A DNA stretch of 64,000 bases. Origin: Acidobacteriota bacterium (lineage in GTDB: Bacteria; Acidobacteriota; Aminicenantia; Aminicenantales; Saccharicenantaceae). This document shows, one piece after another, positions 28,534-37,681 of this stretch. A program made the position numbers and the translations under genes. Location: assembly GCA_029569255.1 (NCBI GenBank), contig JAKQUO010000019.1, positions 23,175 to 87,174 of the forward strand. The letters are read 5' to 3'. The stretch's first letter is position 1. Each line of letters begins with the position of its first letter. The notes under the pieces are model-generated. The model was not told the origin of the DNA and did no database searches. It was given only the letters and a program-made list of their open reading frames with translations.

Positions 28534-28610
28534 TGGCGCGCCTGGAGGGACTCGAACCCCCGACCCGCTGCTTAGAAGGCAGCTGCTCTATCCACCTGAG
28601 CTACAGGCGC
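28534..28610 (-). tRNA. tRNA-Arg (anticodon TCT), CCA encoded
   Basis: Reverse complement is GCGCCTGTAGCTCAGGTGGATAGAGCAGCTGCCTTCTAAGCAGCGGGTCGGGGGTTCGAGTCCCTCCAGGCGCGCCA. It forms a cloverleaf with anticodon loop CTTCTAA. Confidence 0.85.
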
Positions 28611-28631
28611 GTCGAGGCCGCGGAGAGGGAA

Positions 28632-28706
28632 TCGGGGAGAGCGGATTTGAACCGCCGACCTCCTGCTCCCAAGGCAGGCGCGCTAGCCGGGCTGCGCCAC
28701 TCCCCG
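28632..28706 (-). tRNA. tRNA-Pro (anticodon TGG)
   Basis: Reverse complement is CGGGGAGTGGCGCAGCCCGGCTAGCGCGCCTGCCTTGGGAGCAGGAGGTCGGCGGTTCAAATCCGCTCTCCCCGA. It has a 7-bp acceptor stem and anticodon loop CTTGGGA. Confidence 0.8.
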
Positions 28707-28738
28707 TTCCGTTCGGCCGTAGAATTCTAGCACAAGAA

Positions 28739-28822
28739 GGGGTCAGACCTGAACTTCTTCACTTTTTCGAGACGGCAACTCATAAGAAGCGCGAAAAACT
28801 GAACAAGTTCACGTCAGACCCC
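28739..28822. repeat. Imperfect 22-bp inverted repeat (GGGGTCAGACCTGAACTTCTTC ... GAACAAGTTCACGTCAGACCCC) with 40-nt spacer in low-GC DNA next to tRNA-Pro
   Basis: Read from the sequence. Its head, GGGGTCAGACC, resembles the GGGGTCAAACC terminal repeats at 41866, 43212, 58060 and 58189. Confidence 0.4.
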
Positions 28823-28877
28823 TTACGTCGGACCCCCTCTCGGCCAGCCGTCCGTTTTACGAAGACCTGGTCCCCTC

Positions 28878-30671
28878 TTATTTCCGGCCGAGGCCTTTGT
28901 CGATCGTCGCCTTCTCGAGGCGGACGACGATGGGACGGCCGTGGGGACAGAGGGCCGGCTGGGAGGTCCTGAAGAGCTCGGCGACGAGGTAGCCCATCTT
29001 GTCCCGGTTCAGCGGCTCCCCGGCCTTGACCGCGGCCTTGCAGGCCATCGTCGCCAGCAGGCGGCCGCGGCGCTCCTCGGCGGGCCTCTCCTCCGCCACC
29101 TCGAGCAGGCTCAGGAAGATGTCCCCGGCCTCCTCCTGTTTGAAGAGCTCCGGGTATTCCTTGAGGGCGAAGGAGCGGCCTCCCATGGGCTCGGCGCGGA
29201 AGCCGAGTTCGTCGAGCAGGGCGGCGCTCTCCTCGAAGGCCGCGGCGGCCGAGGGCGAGAGCTCGAGCACCGGCGGGATGAGGAGCGTCTTCCGGGGCCA
29301 GGCTTTCTCCCGGTCGATCTCCCGGAACTTGTCGTAGAGGACGCGCTCATGGGCGTTGTGCTGGTCGATGACCAAGAGGCCGTCCCCGTCGGCCGCGACG
29401 ATGTACATGTCGGCGAACTGGCCGAGGACGGCGGGGCCGGCCTGGGCGGCCGCCGCCGTCGAAGACGGGGACACGTACCTCGAAGCTCGGTACACGTCCC
29501 CTTTCGCATCCCCTTTCGCGTCCCCCGCCGCGTCGCCGCCAACGTCTCCCGCCCTGTCCGCGCCGATAGCCTCCGCGTCAGCCGGGCCGAAGGCGAGCCC
29601 CGGCGCCCGATAGCCGGCCTCCCCTTCCGCGACCCGGGCCGCCGCCGCGCCGGACCCGCCCGGGACGACCTCCTTGACGACCTGTCCGCGTGAGACGCCC
29701 GCCCCGATCGCCCTCAGGACGAGGCGGAAGACGAGCTGGGTGTCCCGGAAGCGGACCTCGGCCTTGGCCGGATGGACGTTGACGTCGACCTCGCCCGGAG
29801 GGAACTCCAAGAACAGGAACGCCTCCGGCTGCCGGCCTCGTTCGAGGACGCCCGTGTAGGCCTGGCTCAGGGCGGCCATGAGGACGCGGTCCTTGACCGG
29901 ACGGCCGTTGACGAAGAAATGCTGGACGGTCTTGTCCGGCCGTCCGCCCAAAGGCAGCGAGGCCAGCCCCTCGATCCGACCGGGCCCCTCCTCCGCGGCG
30001 ACGTCCATCAGGCGGTCGACCATCTTCCCGCCGAAGAGCTGGAAAACGCGCTCCCGGAGCGTCCCGACGGGCGGACAGGCGATCGTCTCGCGCCCGCCGT
30101 GGACCAGGGTGAAACGGACGCCCGGCGCGCCGAGCGCCGCCTGGGTCACGTACTTGGTGACCGGCCCGAGCTCGGACGAGGCCGAGCGGAGGAACTTCCT
30201 CCGGGCCGGCAGGTTGAAGAAAAGGTCCCGGACCTCGACGCCCGTGCCCCGCGGGAAGGCGATGTCGGTGACGGCGACGAGGCGCTCGCCCTCGCGCTCG
30301 ATCATCGTGCCGCGGTCCGAGGCGCCGTCGAACGTCCGCATGGTCAGCCGCGAGACGGCGGCGATCGAGGCCAGGGCCTCGCCCCGGAAGCCCAGGGTCG
30401 CGATCCGCTCCAGGTCCTCCTCGCGACGGATCTTGCTCGTCGAGTGGCGGCGGAAGCAGAGGGCGGCATCTTCGGCGTCCATGCCGGAGCCGTCGTCCTG
30501 GACCTTGACGAGGGCCTTGCCGCCGTCGGCGAGCTCGATCCGGACCTCCGTCGCCCCGGCGTCGAGCGCGTTCTCGACGAGCTCCTTGACGACCGAGACG
30601 GGCCGCTCGATGACCTCGCCCGCGGCGATCTTTTGCGCGACTTCGTCGGGGAGAACACGGATCTTCCTCAT
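28878..30671 (-). CDS. mutL: DNA mismatch repair protein MutL
   Basis: GHKL ATPase N-terminus (KELVENALDAGA, DDGSGM), a low-complexity linker (GDAAGDAKGDAKGD) and a MutL C-terminal dimerisation domain. Confidence 0.9.
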   Translation of the reverse strand: MRKIRVLPDEVAQKIAAGEVIERPVSVVKELVENALDAGATEVRIELADGGKALVKVQDDGSGMDAEDAALCFRRHSTSKIRREEDLERIATLGFRGEALASIAAVSRLTMRTFDGASDRGTMIEREGERLVAVTDIAFPRGTGVEVRDLFFNLPARRKFLRSASSELGPVTKYVTQAALGAPGVRFTLVHGGRETIACPPVGTLRERVFQLFGGKMVDRLMDVAAEEGPGRIEGLASLPLGGRPDKTVQHFFVNGRPVKDRVLMAALSQAYTGVLERGRQPEAFLFLEFPPGEVDVNVHPAKAEVRFRDTQLVFRLVLRAIGAGVSRGQVVKEVVPGGSGAAAARVAEGEAGYRAPGLAFGPADAEAIGADRAGDVGGDAAGDAKGDAKGDVYRASRYVSPSSTAAAAQAGPAVLGQFADMYIVAADGDGLLVIDQHNAHERVLYDKFREIDREKAWPRKTLLIPPVLELSPSAAAAFEESAALLDELGFRAEPMGGRSFALKEYPELFKQEEAGDIFLSLLEVAEERPAEERRGRLLATMACKAAVKAGEPLNRDKMGYLVAELFRTSQPALCPHGRPIVVRLEKATIDKGLGRK

Positions 30672-31948
30672 GCCGCGACCTCTCCTTCCGTCCTCTCCGG
30701 CAGGACCCGGCCGACCCTCACCCGGACGGACTCGCGGCGCTGGGCGGCCGGCCCCGGGACCGCGACCCTGATGCCGTTGGCCGTGAGGACCTCGACATCC
30801 CCGCCGGCCTCGCCGATGACGACCGCCTCGAGCGTCCGGCCGGCGAACCGGCCCCGGAACCGGAAGTCCTTGGCCGCCGAGAGCGCCCGCAGCGCCTCGG
30901 CCCGGGCCGTGACGACGGCGGCGGCGGCCCTCGGCCGGCCCCAGGCCGGCGTCCCCGGCCGCGGCGAGAACGGGAACACGTGGACGTAGGTCAGTTCCGA
31001 GGCCTCGACGAAGGCCCTCAGCTCCTCGAAGTCGGAGTCCGTCTCGCCGGGGAACCCGACGATGACGTCCGCGCCGAGGGCGGCGTCCGGCGCCAGGCGC
31101 CGCAGCTCACCCAGGACATGCCCGTAGGAGGGGGGGCCGCCGGCGCGGCCCATGGCCCGCAGAACACGCTCCGAGGCGTGCTGGAGCGAGAGGTGGAAGT
31201 GCGGGCAGACGCGGCCGTCCCCCGCGAGCCGGGCGGCGAGGCCGGCGTCGACGAGGTTCGGGTCGAGCGAGCTCAGCCTCAGCCGGGCGGGCGAAGCGGC
31301 CTCCCCGACCTCCCGGAGAAGGCCGGCCAGCGACCGGCGCGGCTCGAGGTCGCGGCCGTAGGAGGCGAGATGGATCCCGGCCAGGACGATCTCCCGGAAG
31401 CCCCGGGCCGCCAGGCCCCGGGCCGAGGCCGCGGCCTCGCCCGGCGGGACGCTCGAGCTCCGGCCGCGCAGCCGCGGGATGACGCAGAAGGCGCAGCGGT
31501 TGTCGCAGCCGTCCTGGACCTTGAGATAGGCCCGGGCCCGGAAGGAAGGCCCGACGGCCTCTTCGCCCCTGACGGGGACACGCACCGGGTGCGCGCCCCC
31601 AGGCCCCGCGGCGATCCCGGCCACGGTCTCGGCCACCCGGCTGCCGGCGCTCCGGGGCAGGACGGCGGCGACGTTCCCGAGCGCGCGGAGCTCGCCCGGG
31701 GCCCGCTCGGCGTAGCAGCCGGAGACGACGACGGCCGCTCCCGGCCGCTCCCGGCCGACCCTCCGGATGAGCTTGCGGACGTCGCGGTCGGCCCGGCTTG
31801 TCAGGGTGCAGGAATGGACGAGGACGACGTCGCTGCGGCCCCAGTCCGTCCCGACCGCCAGGCCCCGGCCGCGGAGCTCATCGACCCAGGCGAAGGCCTC
31901 GGCCTGGTTGGCCCGGCAGCCGAAATTGCGGACGGCAACGGAGGGCAT
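30668..31948 (-). CDS. MiaB-like radical SAM tRNA methylthiotransferase (MtaB/MiaB family)
   Basis: N-terminal MTTase domain (FGCRANQ), a radical SAM CDNRCAFC motif and a C-terminal TRAM-like region. Overlaps mutL by 4 nt. Confidence 0.75.
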   Translation of the reverse strand: MPSVAVRNFGCRANQAEAFAWVDELRGRGLAVGTDWGRSDVVLVHSCTLTSRADRDVRKLIRRVGRERPGAAVVVSGCYAERAPGELRALGNVAAVLPRSAGSRVAETVAGIAAGPGGAHPVRVPVRGEEAVGPSFRARAYLKVQDGCDNRCAFCVIPRLRGRSSSVPPGEAAASARGLAARGFREIVLAGIHLASYGRDLEPRRSLAGLLREVGEAASPARLRLSSLDPNLVDAGLAARLAGDGRVCPHFHLSLQHASERVLRAMGRAGGPPSYGHVLGELRRLAPDAALGADVIVGFPGETDSDFEELRAFVEASELTYVHVFPFSPRPGTPAWGRPRAAAAVVTARAEALRALSAAKDFRFRGRFAGRTLEAVVIGEAGGDVEVLTANGIRVAVPGPAAQRRESVRVRVGRVLPERTEGEVAA

Positions 31949-31957
31949 CGCCGCCCG

Positions 31958-32449
31958 TTAGATTTTTTCCTTGAGCTTGGCCGAGGCGGCCTCGACCTTC
32001 TCGGCCATCCCGGCCCGGTAGGCGGCCAGCTTCGTCCGCAGGGCCTCGTCCTTGAGGGCCAGGATCTCGACGGCCAGGACGGCCGCGTTGGTGCCGCCGT
32101 GCTTCCCGAGCGCGACCGTGGCCACCGGGACGCCCTTGGGCATCTGGACGGTCGAGAGGAGCGCGTCCAGGCCGGCCAGGGCCTCGCTCTCGACCGGGAC
32201 GCCGATGACCGGCTTGATGGTACGCGCGGCGACGACGCCGGCCAGATGGGCGGCCTTCCCGGCCACGGCGATGAAGACCTCGGCGCCCGCCGCCTCGGAC
32301 GACTCGACCAGCCGGAGCGTCCGCTCCGGCGAGCGGTGGGCCGAGCTGACCTCAATCCCGAAGGGGACGCCGAAGTCCCGGAGGACGCCCAGGGCCTCCT
32401 CGATCGCGACGAAGTCCGACTCGCTCCCCAGAAGCACCATGACCCTCAT
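31958..32449 (-). CDS. purE: N5-carboxyaminoimidazole ribonucleotide mutase
   Basis: Begins at the internal Met MRVMVLLGSESD of the ORF. It has the PurE signature AGKAAHLAGVVAA. Confidence 0.85.
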   Translation of the reverse strand: MRVMVLLGSESDFVAIEEALGVLRDFGVPFGIEVSSAHRSPERTLRLVESSEAAGAEVFIAVAGKAAHLAGVVAARTIKPVIGVPVESEALAGLDALLSTVQMPKGVPVATVALGKHGGTNAAVLAVEILALKDEALRTKLAAYRAGMAEKVEAASAKLKEKI

Positions 32450-33726
32450 GTCCGCTCCTCCTTCAGGGCGCCGATGTCGCGGCGGTAGTGCATGGCCTCG
32501 AAATAGATCCTCCCGCACCCCTCGTAGATCTTGCGCATGGCCCCGGCCAGGTCGGGCTCCGAGGCGCAGACGCCCAGGACCCGCCCGCCCGACGTCAGAT
32601 AGGAGCCGCTCTCGAACCGGGTCCCGGCGTGGAAGACGGCGACGCCGGGAATGGATTCGGCCTCGTCGAGGCCGGTGATCGTCTTGCCCTTCTCGTAATG
32701 GACGGGATAGCCGCCCGAGGCCATGACCACGCAGCCCGACGGCCGGGCCGACCAGCGGACCTCCTCCCGCAGGACGTCCTCCTCGACCGCGGCCATGAGC
32801 AGGTCGACGAGATCGCTCTCCAGCCGGAGCATCTGCGCCTGGGTCTCGGGGTCGCCGAAGCGGCCGTTGAACTCGAGGACGCGCGGCCCGGACTCGGTGA
32901 TCATCAGGCCCGCGTAGAGGACGCCCTTGAACTTCCGCCCCTCCTCGAGGAGGCGGGTGACGGCCGGGCCGACGACGGTCGTCAGGACCTCCTTGAAGAG
33001 CTTCTCGGTCATGAGCGGCGAGGGCGAGACGGCGCCCATGCCGCCCGTGTTCGGCCCCTTGTCGCCGTCGTAAGCGGCCTTGTGGTCCATGGCCGTGGCC
33101 AGGGGCTGGACCCTCAGGCCGTCGGAGACGACCATGAAGGAGACCTCGCGGCCGCGGAGGAACTCCTCGATGACGACGCGCCGGCCGGCCGGGCCGAACT
33201 TCTTCTGGACCAGCATCTCCCCGGCCGTGTCCTCCGCCTTCTTCTGGTTCGGGCAGACGACGACGCCCTTGCCGGCCGCCAGGCCGTCGGCCTTGAGGAC
33301 GACCGGGTAGCCGAACTCGCCCGAGGCCAGGACCTTCCTGGCCTGGTCGAAGCTGTCGACGACCCTGAAGCGCCCCGTCGGGATGCGGTGGCGCTCCATG
33401 AACTCCTTGGCGAAGACCTTGCTGGCCTCGATCTCGGCCGCCTTCTTCGTCGGCCCGAAGACGGGGAGGCGGCGCTTCTCGAACTCGTCGGCCAGGCCCA
33501 GGGTCAGCGGCGCCTCGGGCCCGACGACGGTCAGGCCGACGGCCTCCCGCTCGGCGAAATCGGCCAGCCCGGCGATGTCCGTCTCGGCGATGGGGACGTT
33601 CTCGGCCACCAGCCGCGTCCCGCCGTTGCCCGGCGCGCAGAAGACCTTCTCGGCCCGGGGGCTCTGGGCGATCTTCCAGGCCAGGGCGTGCTCCCGGCCG
33701 CCGGACCCGACGACGAGGACCTTCAC
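32446..33726 (-). CDS. purD: Phosphoribosylamine-glycine ligase
   Basis: GTG start VKVLVVGSGGREHALAWK inside a long artefactual ORF. ATP-grasp PurD motifs are present throughout. Overlaps purE by 4 nt. Confidence 0.85.
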   Translation of the reverse strand: MKVLVVGSGGREHALAWKIAQSPRAEKVFCAPGNGGTRLVAENVPIAETDIAGLADFAEREAVGLTVVGPEAPLTLGLADEFEKRRLPVFGPTKKAAEIEASKVFAKEFMERHRIPTGRFRVVDSFDQARKVLASGEFGYPVVLKADGLAAGKGVVVCPNQKKAEDTAGEMLVQKKFGPAGRRVVIEEFLRGREVSFMVVSDGLRVQPLATAMDHKAAYDGDKGPNTGGMGAVSPSPLMTEKLFKEVLTTVVGPAVTRLLEEGRKFKGVLYAGLMITESGPRVLEFNGRFGDPETQAQMLRLESDLVDLLMAAVEEDVLREEVRWSARPSGCVVMASGGYPVHYEKGKTITGLDEAESIPGVAVFHAGTRFESGSYLTSGGRVLGVCASEPDLAGAMRKIYEGCGRIYFEAMHYRRDIGALKEERT

Positions 33727-33728
33727 GG

Positions 33729-35171
33729 TCACTCCCCGGCGGCCCGGCGCAGGTTGTCCGCGAACCGGGCCGCGTAGGCGCGGTCGGGGACGGCGGCGGC
33801 CAGGATCCGGGCCGCGAGGGGCAGGGCCTCGGCCGGCGGCAGGGTGTAGCCCATGGTCAGGAAGCTCTTGCGGTAGGCGGCCACCTCGGGCCCCGCCGGC
33901 CGGTCGCGGACGACGATGTCGCTGACGAGGCCGGCCAGCGTGTCGAAGTCCTTCTCCTTCATCCCGAAGCGGGTCATCTCCTGGACGCCCAGCCGGAGGC
34001 CGCTCGAGTCGAGGAACGAGGCGTCGTCCGGCAGGGCCTGATAGTTGGTCAGGACGTTGTTCTCCTCCAGGCGCCGGGCGATCTCCATCCCGGGGCCGAA
34101 GGCCTTGACCCGGAGGATGACCTGGTGCGTCTCGGTGTAGCCGTCCGACGGGTCGCCCTCGACCGGGATGCCGTGGGCGTGGAGGGCCTTGGCCAGGGCC
34201 TTGGCGTTGGCCCGGACCTGCTCCTGGAAGGGCTTCTTGAAGGCGTTCATCTCGTAGGCGGACATGAGCAGGCCGAGGAGGGTGCCCAGGTGGTGGTTGC
34301 TGGTCGAGCCGGGGAAAGCCCGGCCCTTGATCTCGGACCAGAGGCCCCGCAGCGGCGAGCCCGCGGGCACGTTGCCGGCGACGACGCCGCGCTGGGTGCC
34401 GAAGAAGGTCTTGTGGGTGGAGCCGGTGACGACGTCCGCGCCCTCCTCGAAGGGGGCCTGGAAGGCGCCGTAGAGCCCCAGGACGTGGGCCATGTCGAAC
34501 ATCAGGACGGGCCGCTCCGGCCAGCCCCGGACGATGTCGGCGACGAACTCGACCGGCTCGCGGTAGAGGAACATGCTCTTGCCGAAGACGATGAGCTCGG
34601 GCCGGTGGGCCTCGAGGAGCCCGGCCAGCCGCTCGACGTCGGGCTTGTAGGGGTTGTCCTTGCGGACCGGGAGGCTGACGACCCGCTCCCGGCCGGTGGC
34701 CGGGTCCTCCTCGACGAAGTTGAACAGCGCGCCCATGGGCTGGGCGCTGAGGTGGCCGCCGTAGATGAGGTCGTTGTTGAAGACGAGCCGGATGCGGCGG
34801 GAGGGTTGGCCCTCGGCCCGGCCGCGGTTGAGGAACTTGACCAGGGCCTTGAAGACGACCTCGTTGGCCATCTGGCCGCTGACGGGCCGGAGCTCGATGT
34901 CCGTGCAGCCGAAGTAGGCCGCCATCTCCCTCTGGCACTCGACCTCGACGTCGCGGATGAAGTCGGTCCCCTGGTAGAAATAGACCTCCTCCCCTTTCAT
35001 CGTCCGGTGCTCGGCGTAGCGGCCGGCCGGGTCGGCGATCTCGCACATCTTGACCAGGAACGACGGCGTCGATTCGGAGGGGATGAGGTTGAAGCAGTCC
35101 CGCTGGCGCCAGGCGCTGTTCCGTTCCGCGCGGGCGGCCAGGTCCGTGGCTTTCTCGGCGAAGGTGGGCAT
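33729..35171 (-). CDS. Serine hydroxymethyltransferase family protein (divergent SHMT-like)
   Basis: PLP-lysine motif TGSTHKTFFG. 480 aa. It is divergent from canonical GlyA at the N-terminus. Confidence 0.65.
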   Translation of the reverse strand: MPTFAEKATDLAARAERNSAWRQRDCFNLIPSESTPSFLVKMCEIADPAGRYAEHRTMKGEEVYFYQGTDFIRDVEVECQREMAAYFGCTDIELRPVSGQMANEVVFKALVKFLNRGRAEGQPSRRIRLVFNNDLIYGGHLSAQPMGALFNFVEEDPATGRERVVSLPVRKDNPYKPDVERLAGLLEAHRPELIVFGKSMFLYREPVEFVADIVRGWPERPVLMFDMAHVLGLYGAFQAPFEEGADVVTGSTHKTFFGTQRGVVAGNVPAGSPLRGLWSEIKGRAFPGSTSNHHLGTLLGLLMSAYEMNAFKKPFQEQVRANAKALAKALHAHGIPVEGDPSDGYTETHQVILRVKAFGPGMEIARRLEENNVLTNYQALPDDASFLDSSGLRLGVQEMTRFGMKEKDFDTLAGLVSDIVVRDRPAGPEVAAYRKSFLTMGYTLPPAEALPLAARILAAAVPDRAYAARFADNLRRAAGE

Positions 35172-35181
35172 GGACGAGTCC

Positions 35182-35631
35182 TTATTTGAGATTTTCGGCT
35201 TCGATGTCGCTGATCTTCCCGGTCCGGCGGGCGTGGCGGCCGCCCTCGAAGGGCGTCTCCAGCCAGATCCGGACGATGGCCCGGGCCAGGTCGGGCGAGA
35301 GCGTCCGGCCGCCCAGGGTCAGGCAGTTCGAGTCGTTGTGGCTGCGGCTGACCTCGGCGGTGAATTCGCTCCAGCAGGGCGTCGCCCGGATGCCCCTGAA
35401 CTTGTTGGCCACGACGGCCATGCCGATGCCCGTGCCGCAGACGAGGATGGCCCGGTCGCAGGCGCCGGCGACGACGGCCCGGGCCGCCCGGGCCCCGTAA
35501 TCGACGTAGTCGACCGACTCGCCCGGTCCGCAGCCGAGGTCCTCGAAGAGAACGCCCCGCCCGCGGAGGAAGGCCGCGACGGCGGCCTTGAGCTCGTAGC
35601 CGGCGTGGTCGGAGGCGAGGGCGATCTTCAT
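35182..35631 (-). CDS. rpiB: Ribose-5-phosphate isomerase B (RpiB/LacAB family)
   Basis: 149 aa: MKIALASDHAGYELK ... CGTGIGMAVVANK. The ATGA overlaps the stop of the upstream protease gene. Confidence 0.8.
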   Translation of the reverse strand: MKIALASDHAGYELKAAVAAFLRGRGVLFEDLGCGPGESVDYVDYGARAARAVVAGACDRAILVCGTGIGMAVVANKFRGIRATPCWSEFTAEVSRSHNDSNCLTLGGRTLSPDLARAIVRIWLETPFEGGRHARRTGKISDIEAENLK

Positions 35632-37193
35632 TTTTCCAGGAGCTTGGCCGCCTCGGGCATGACTTCGACGGCCTTGAGGACGGCGGGGTCGTTCCGGCGC
35701 GAGGCCTGGACGCCGGCCTCGACGCCCCAGACGGCCCCGGCGATCTCCCCCTCGAGCTCGCGGCGGATCTCCGGCTCGGCGTCCAGGAACGTCTTCTCGT
35801 CGTATTCGATCTTGCGCGTCGCCAAGTACTTGCGGAAATCGGCCACCACGCCGTCGTCGACGGCGATCGTCCCGCCGGCCTGGATGCCGCCGGGGGGCGG
35901 GGCGGCGGAGCCCTTCGGGTCCGAGGGAAAGACGAGCCTCTTGCCCGGGTCCGTCTGGTGTTGGGCGAACCGCCGGGCGTAGGCGAAGAAGGCCCCGGCC
36001 CTCCGGAGCCGGGCCGTGAACGGCTTGATGAACGAGTTGACGGCGTAGTCGGGGGTGATGCCGCCCTGGCCGAGGACCTTGCGGCCGTGCTCGGTGAAGC
36101 GGACCTCGCGGCTCTCGTCCGGGGCCCGCTTGCTCATGAGGTAATCGTCGATCCTTGTGTAGTCCCGCTGGATGGACCGGCCGCTCGGGGTCAGGTACTT
36201 GGCCACGGTCAGGGCCACGGCCATGTCCGGGGCCAGCTGGAAGACCGTCTGGACCAGGCCCTTGCCCCAGGAGTCCTCGCCGACGACGAGGCCGCGGTCG
36301 TGGTCCATGACCGCGCCGCTGACGATCTCGGAGGCGCTGGCCGTGCCCTGGTCGATGAGGATGACGAGCGGCAGCTTCTCGTACTGATCGTTCAGGAAGG
36401 CCGGGAACTCCCGGTCGTAGGCCCGGTTGCGGCCCTTCATGGAGACGATGAGCGCGCCCTTGGGCAGGAAGAGGTCGGCGATCTCGATCGACGGAGCCAG
36501 GGCGCCGCCCGTGTTCAGGCGCAGATCGAGGACCAGGCTCTTCATGCCTTCGGCCGCGAGCTTGGCCAGGGCGCTCTCGAGCTCGCGGGGGGTCTCCTCG
36601 CCGAAGTTCCGGACGTAGATGTAGCCGATCCCGTCCCGGAGAAGGAAGGCGTAGGGGACGCTCAGGAGGGGGATCTCCTCGCGGGCGATGGTCAGGTCGA
36701 AGGGCTTCTCGCCCTCGCGGGCGAAGGTGACCGTGACGGTCGAGCCCTTCTCGGTCCCCCGGAGCCTCTGCATGGCGTCGTTGCTCGAGAGGGGGACGGT
36801 CGACTCCCCGTCGATGTGGGTGATGATGTCGCCCGGCTGGATGCCCAGGCGGTAGGCCGGCCCGCCCTCGATCGGGGCGATGACGACGATGTTGTCGCCC
36901 TGCTTCTGGATCTGCATGCCCGTGCCGTAGTACTTGCCGGTGTAGTCCTCGCGCATCCGCGAGAAGCTCGAGGGGTCGAGGAAATAGGAGTGGGGGTCGA
37001 GGGTGTCCAGGGTTCCCTTGATCGAGGCCACGGCCAGGTCCTGTTCGTCGAGCGGCTCGTAATAGTTCCGCTCCAGGAGGCCGGCGATGGCCCGGGCCTT
37101 GGCCAGGGAGGCCGACCAGAGGTCCTGATTGCGGGACGGCGCCTGGAGGAGCAGGAGGGCCGCCAGGGCGCCTAGAAGAACCTTTTTTTTCAT
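35628..37193 (-). CDS. Carboxyl-terminal processing protease (S41A) with PDZ domain
   Basis: Signal peptide, PDZ domain (GIQPGDIITHIDGEST) and an S41 catalytic region (GASASEIVSGA...DHDRGLVVGEDSWGKG). Confidence 0.8.
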   Translation of the reverse strand: MKKKVLLGALAALLLLQAPSRNQDLWSASLAKARAIAGLLERNYYEPLDEQDLAVASIKGTLDTLDPHSYFLDPSSFSRMREDYTGKYYGTGMQIQKQGDNIVVIAPIEGGPAYRLGIQPGDIITHIDGESTVPLSSNDAMQRLRGTEKGSTVTVTFAREGEKPFDLTIAREEIPLLSVPYAFLLRDGIGYIYVRNFGEETPRELESALAKLAAEGMKSLVLDLRLNTGGALAPSIEIADLFLPKGALIVSMKGRNRAYDREFPAFLNDQYEKLPLVILIDQGTASASEIVSGAVMDHDRGLVVGEDSWGKGLVQTVFQLAPDMAVALTVAKYLTPSGRSIQRDYTRIDDYLMSKRAPDESREVRFTEHGRKVLGQGGITPDYAVNSFIKPFTARLRRAGAFFAYARRFAQHQTDPGKRLVFPSDPKGSAAPPPGGIQAGGTIAVDDGVVADFRKYLATRKIEYDEKTFLDAEPEIRRELEGEIAGAVWGVEAGVQASRRNDPAVLKAVEVMPEAAKLLEK

Positions 37194-37338
37194 AGACTTC
37201 TCGTTCCTCAATTATAACACGCCCGCCCCCCAAGTAAAGCCGCCGAAGGGGCGGCGACGCGGGGGGAGGGGCGCCCCCGGAGGCGGCGGCCCTTGTAACC
37301 CCGGGGCGGAGTGCTATAATACCGGCTCGAGAGGCCCC

Positions 37339-37677
37339 ATGTTAGGCAGCATCGGCCCCGCGGAGCTCGTCCTCATCTTCGTCGTCGCCCTGCTCGTCTT
37401 CGGCCCCAAGAAGCTGCCCGAGATCGGGCGCTCGGTCGGCAAGGCCCTCCGGGAGCTCAAGAGAACCTCCGACGAGATCAAGGGCCGCATCGAGGAGGAG
37501 ATCGAGGCCTCCGAGCTCAAGGACGTCCGCAGGGACATCCAGTCCGGCGTCGACGACCTGCGCGCGGGCGTGACCGAGATCGCGACGGGCCTCACCCGCG
37601 TTCCCGAAGAGATCAAGGACGAGATCAGGAAGGATACGGAGACCCATGAGACTGGGGAAGGGCAGAAAGTCACCTGA
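37339..37677 (+). CDS. tatA: Twin-arginine translocase TatA/TatB family protein
   Basis: 113 aa with an N-terminal TM helix followed by FGPKKLPEIGRSVGKAL and an amphipathic, acidic tail. Confidence 0.75.
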   Translation: MLGSIGPAELVLIFVVALLVFGPKKLPEIGRSVGKALRELKRTSDEIKGRIEEEIEASELKDVRRDIQSGVDDLRAGVTEIATGLTRVPEEIKDEIRKDTETHETGEGQKVT

Positions 37678-37681
37678 CGAG

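Noticed and set aside
15527-28610. Integrase or excisionase expected next to the tRNA-Arg island ends
   Set aside because: No tyrosine or serine recombinase-like ORF was found anywhere in the interval or next to the tRNAs. The gene adjacent to tRNA-Arg is a membrane LuxR-type regulator. The island is therefore described as decayed, not as an active integrative element.
29900-30100. Short tandem repeat GDAAGDAKGDAKGD in MutL
   Set aside because: It lies in the known low-complexity linker between the MutL ATPase and dimerisation domains. It is coding low complexity, not a repeat element or CRISPR-like array. No CRISPR repeats were found anywhere in the window.
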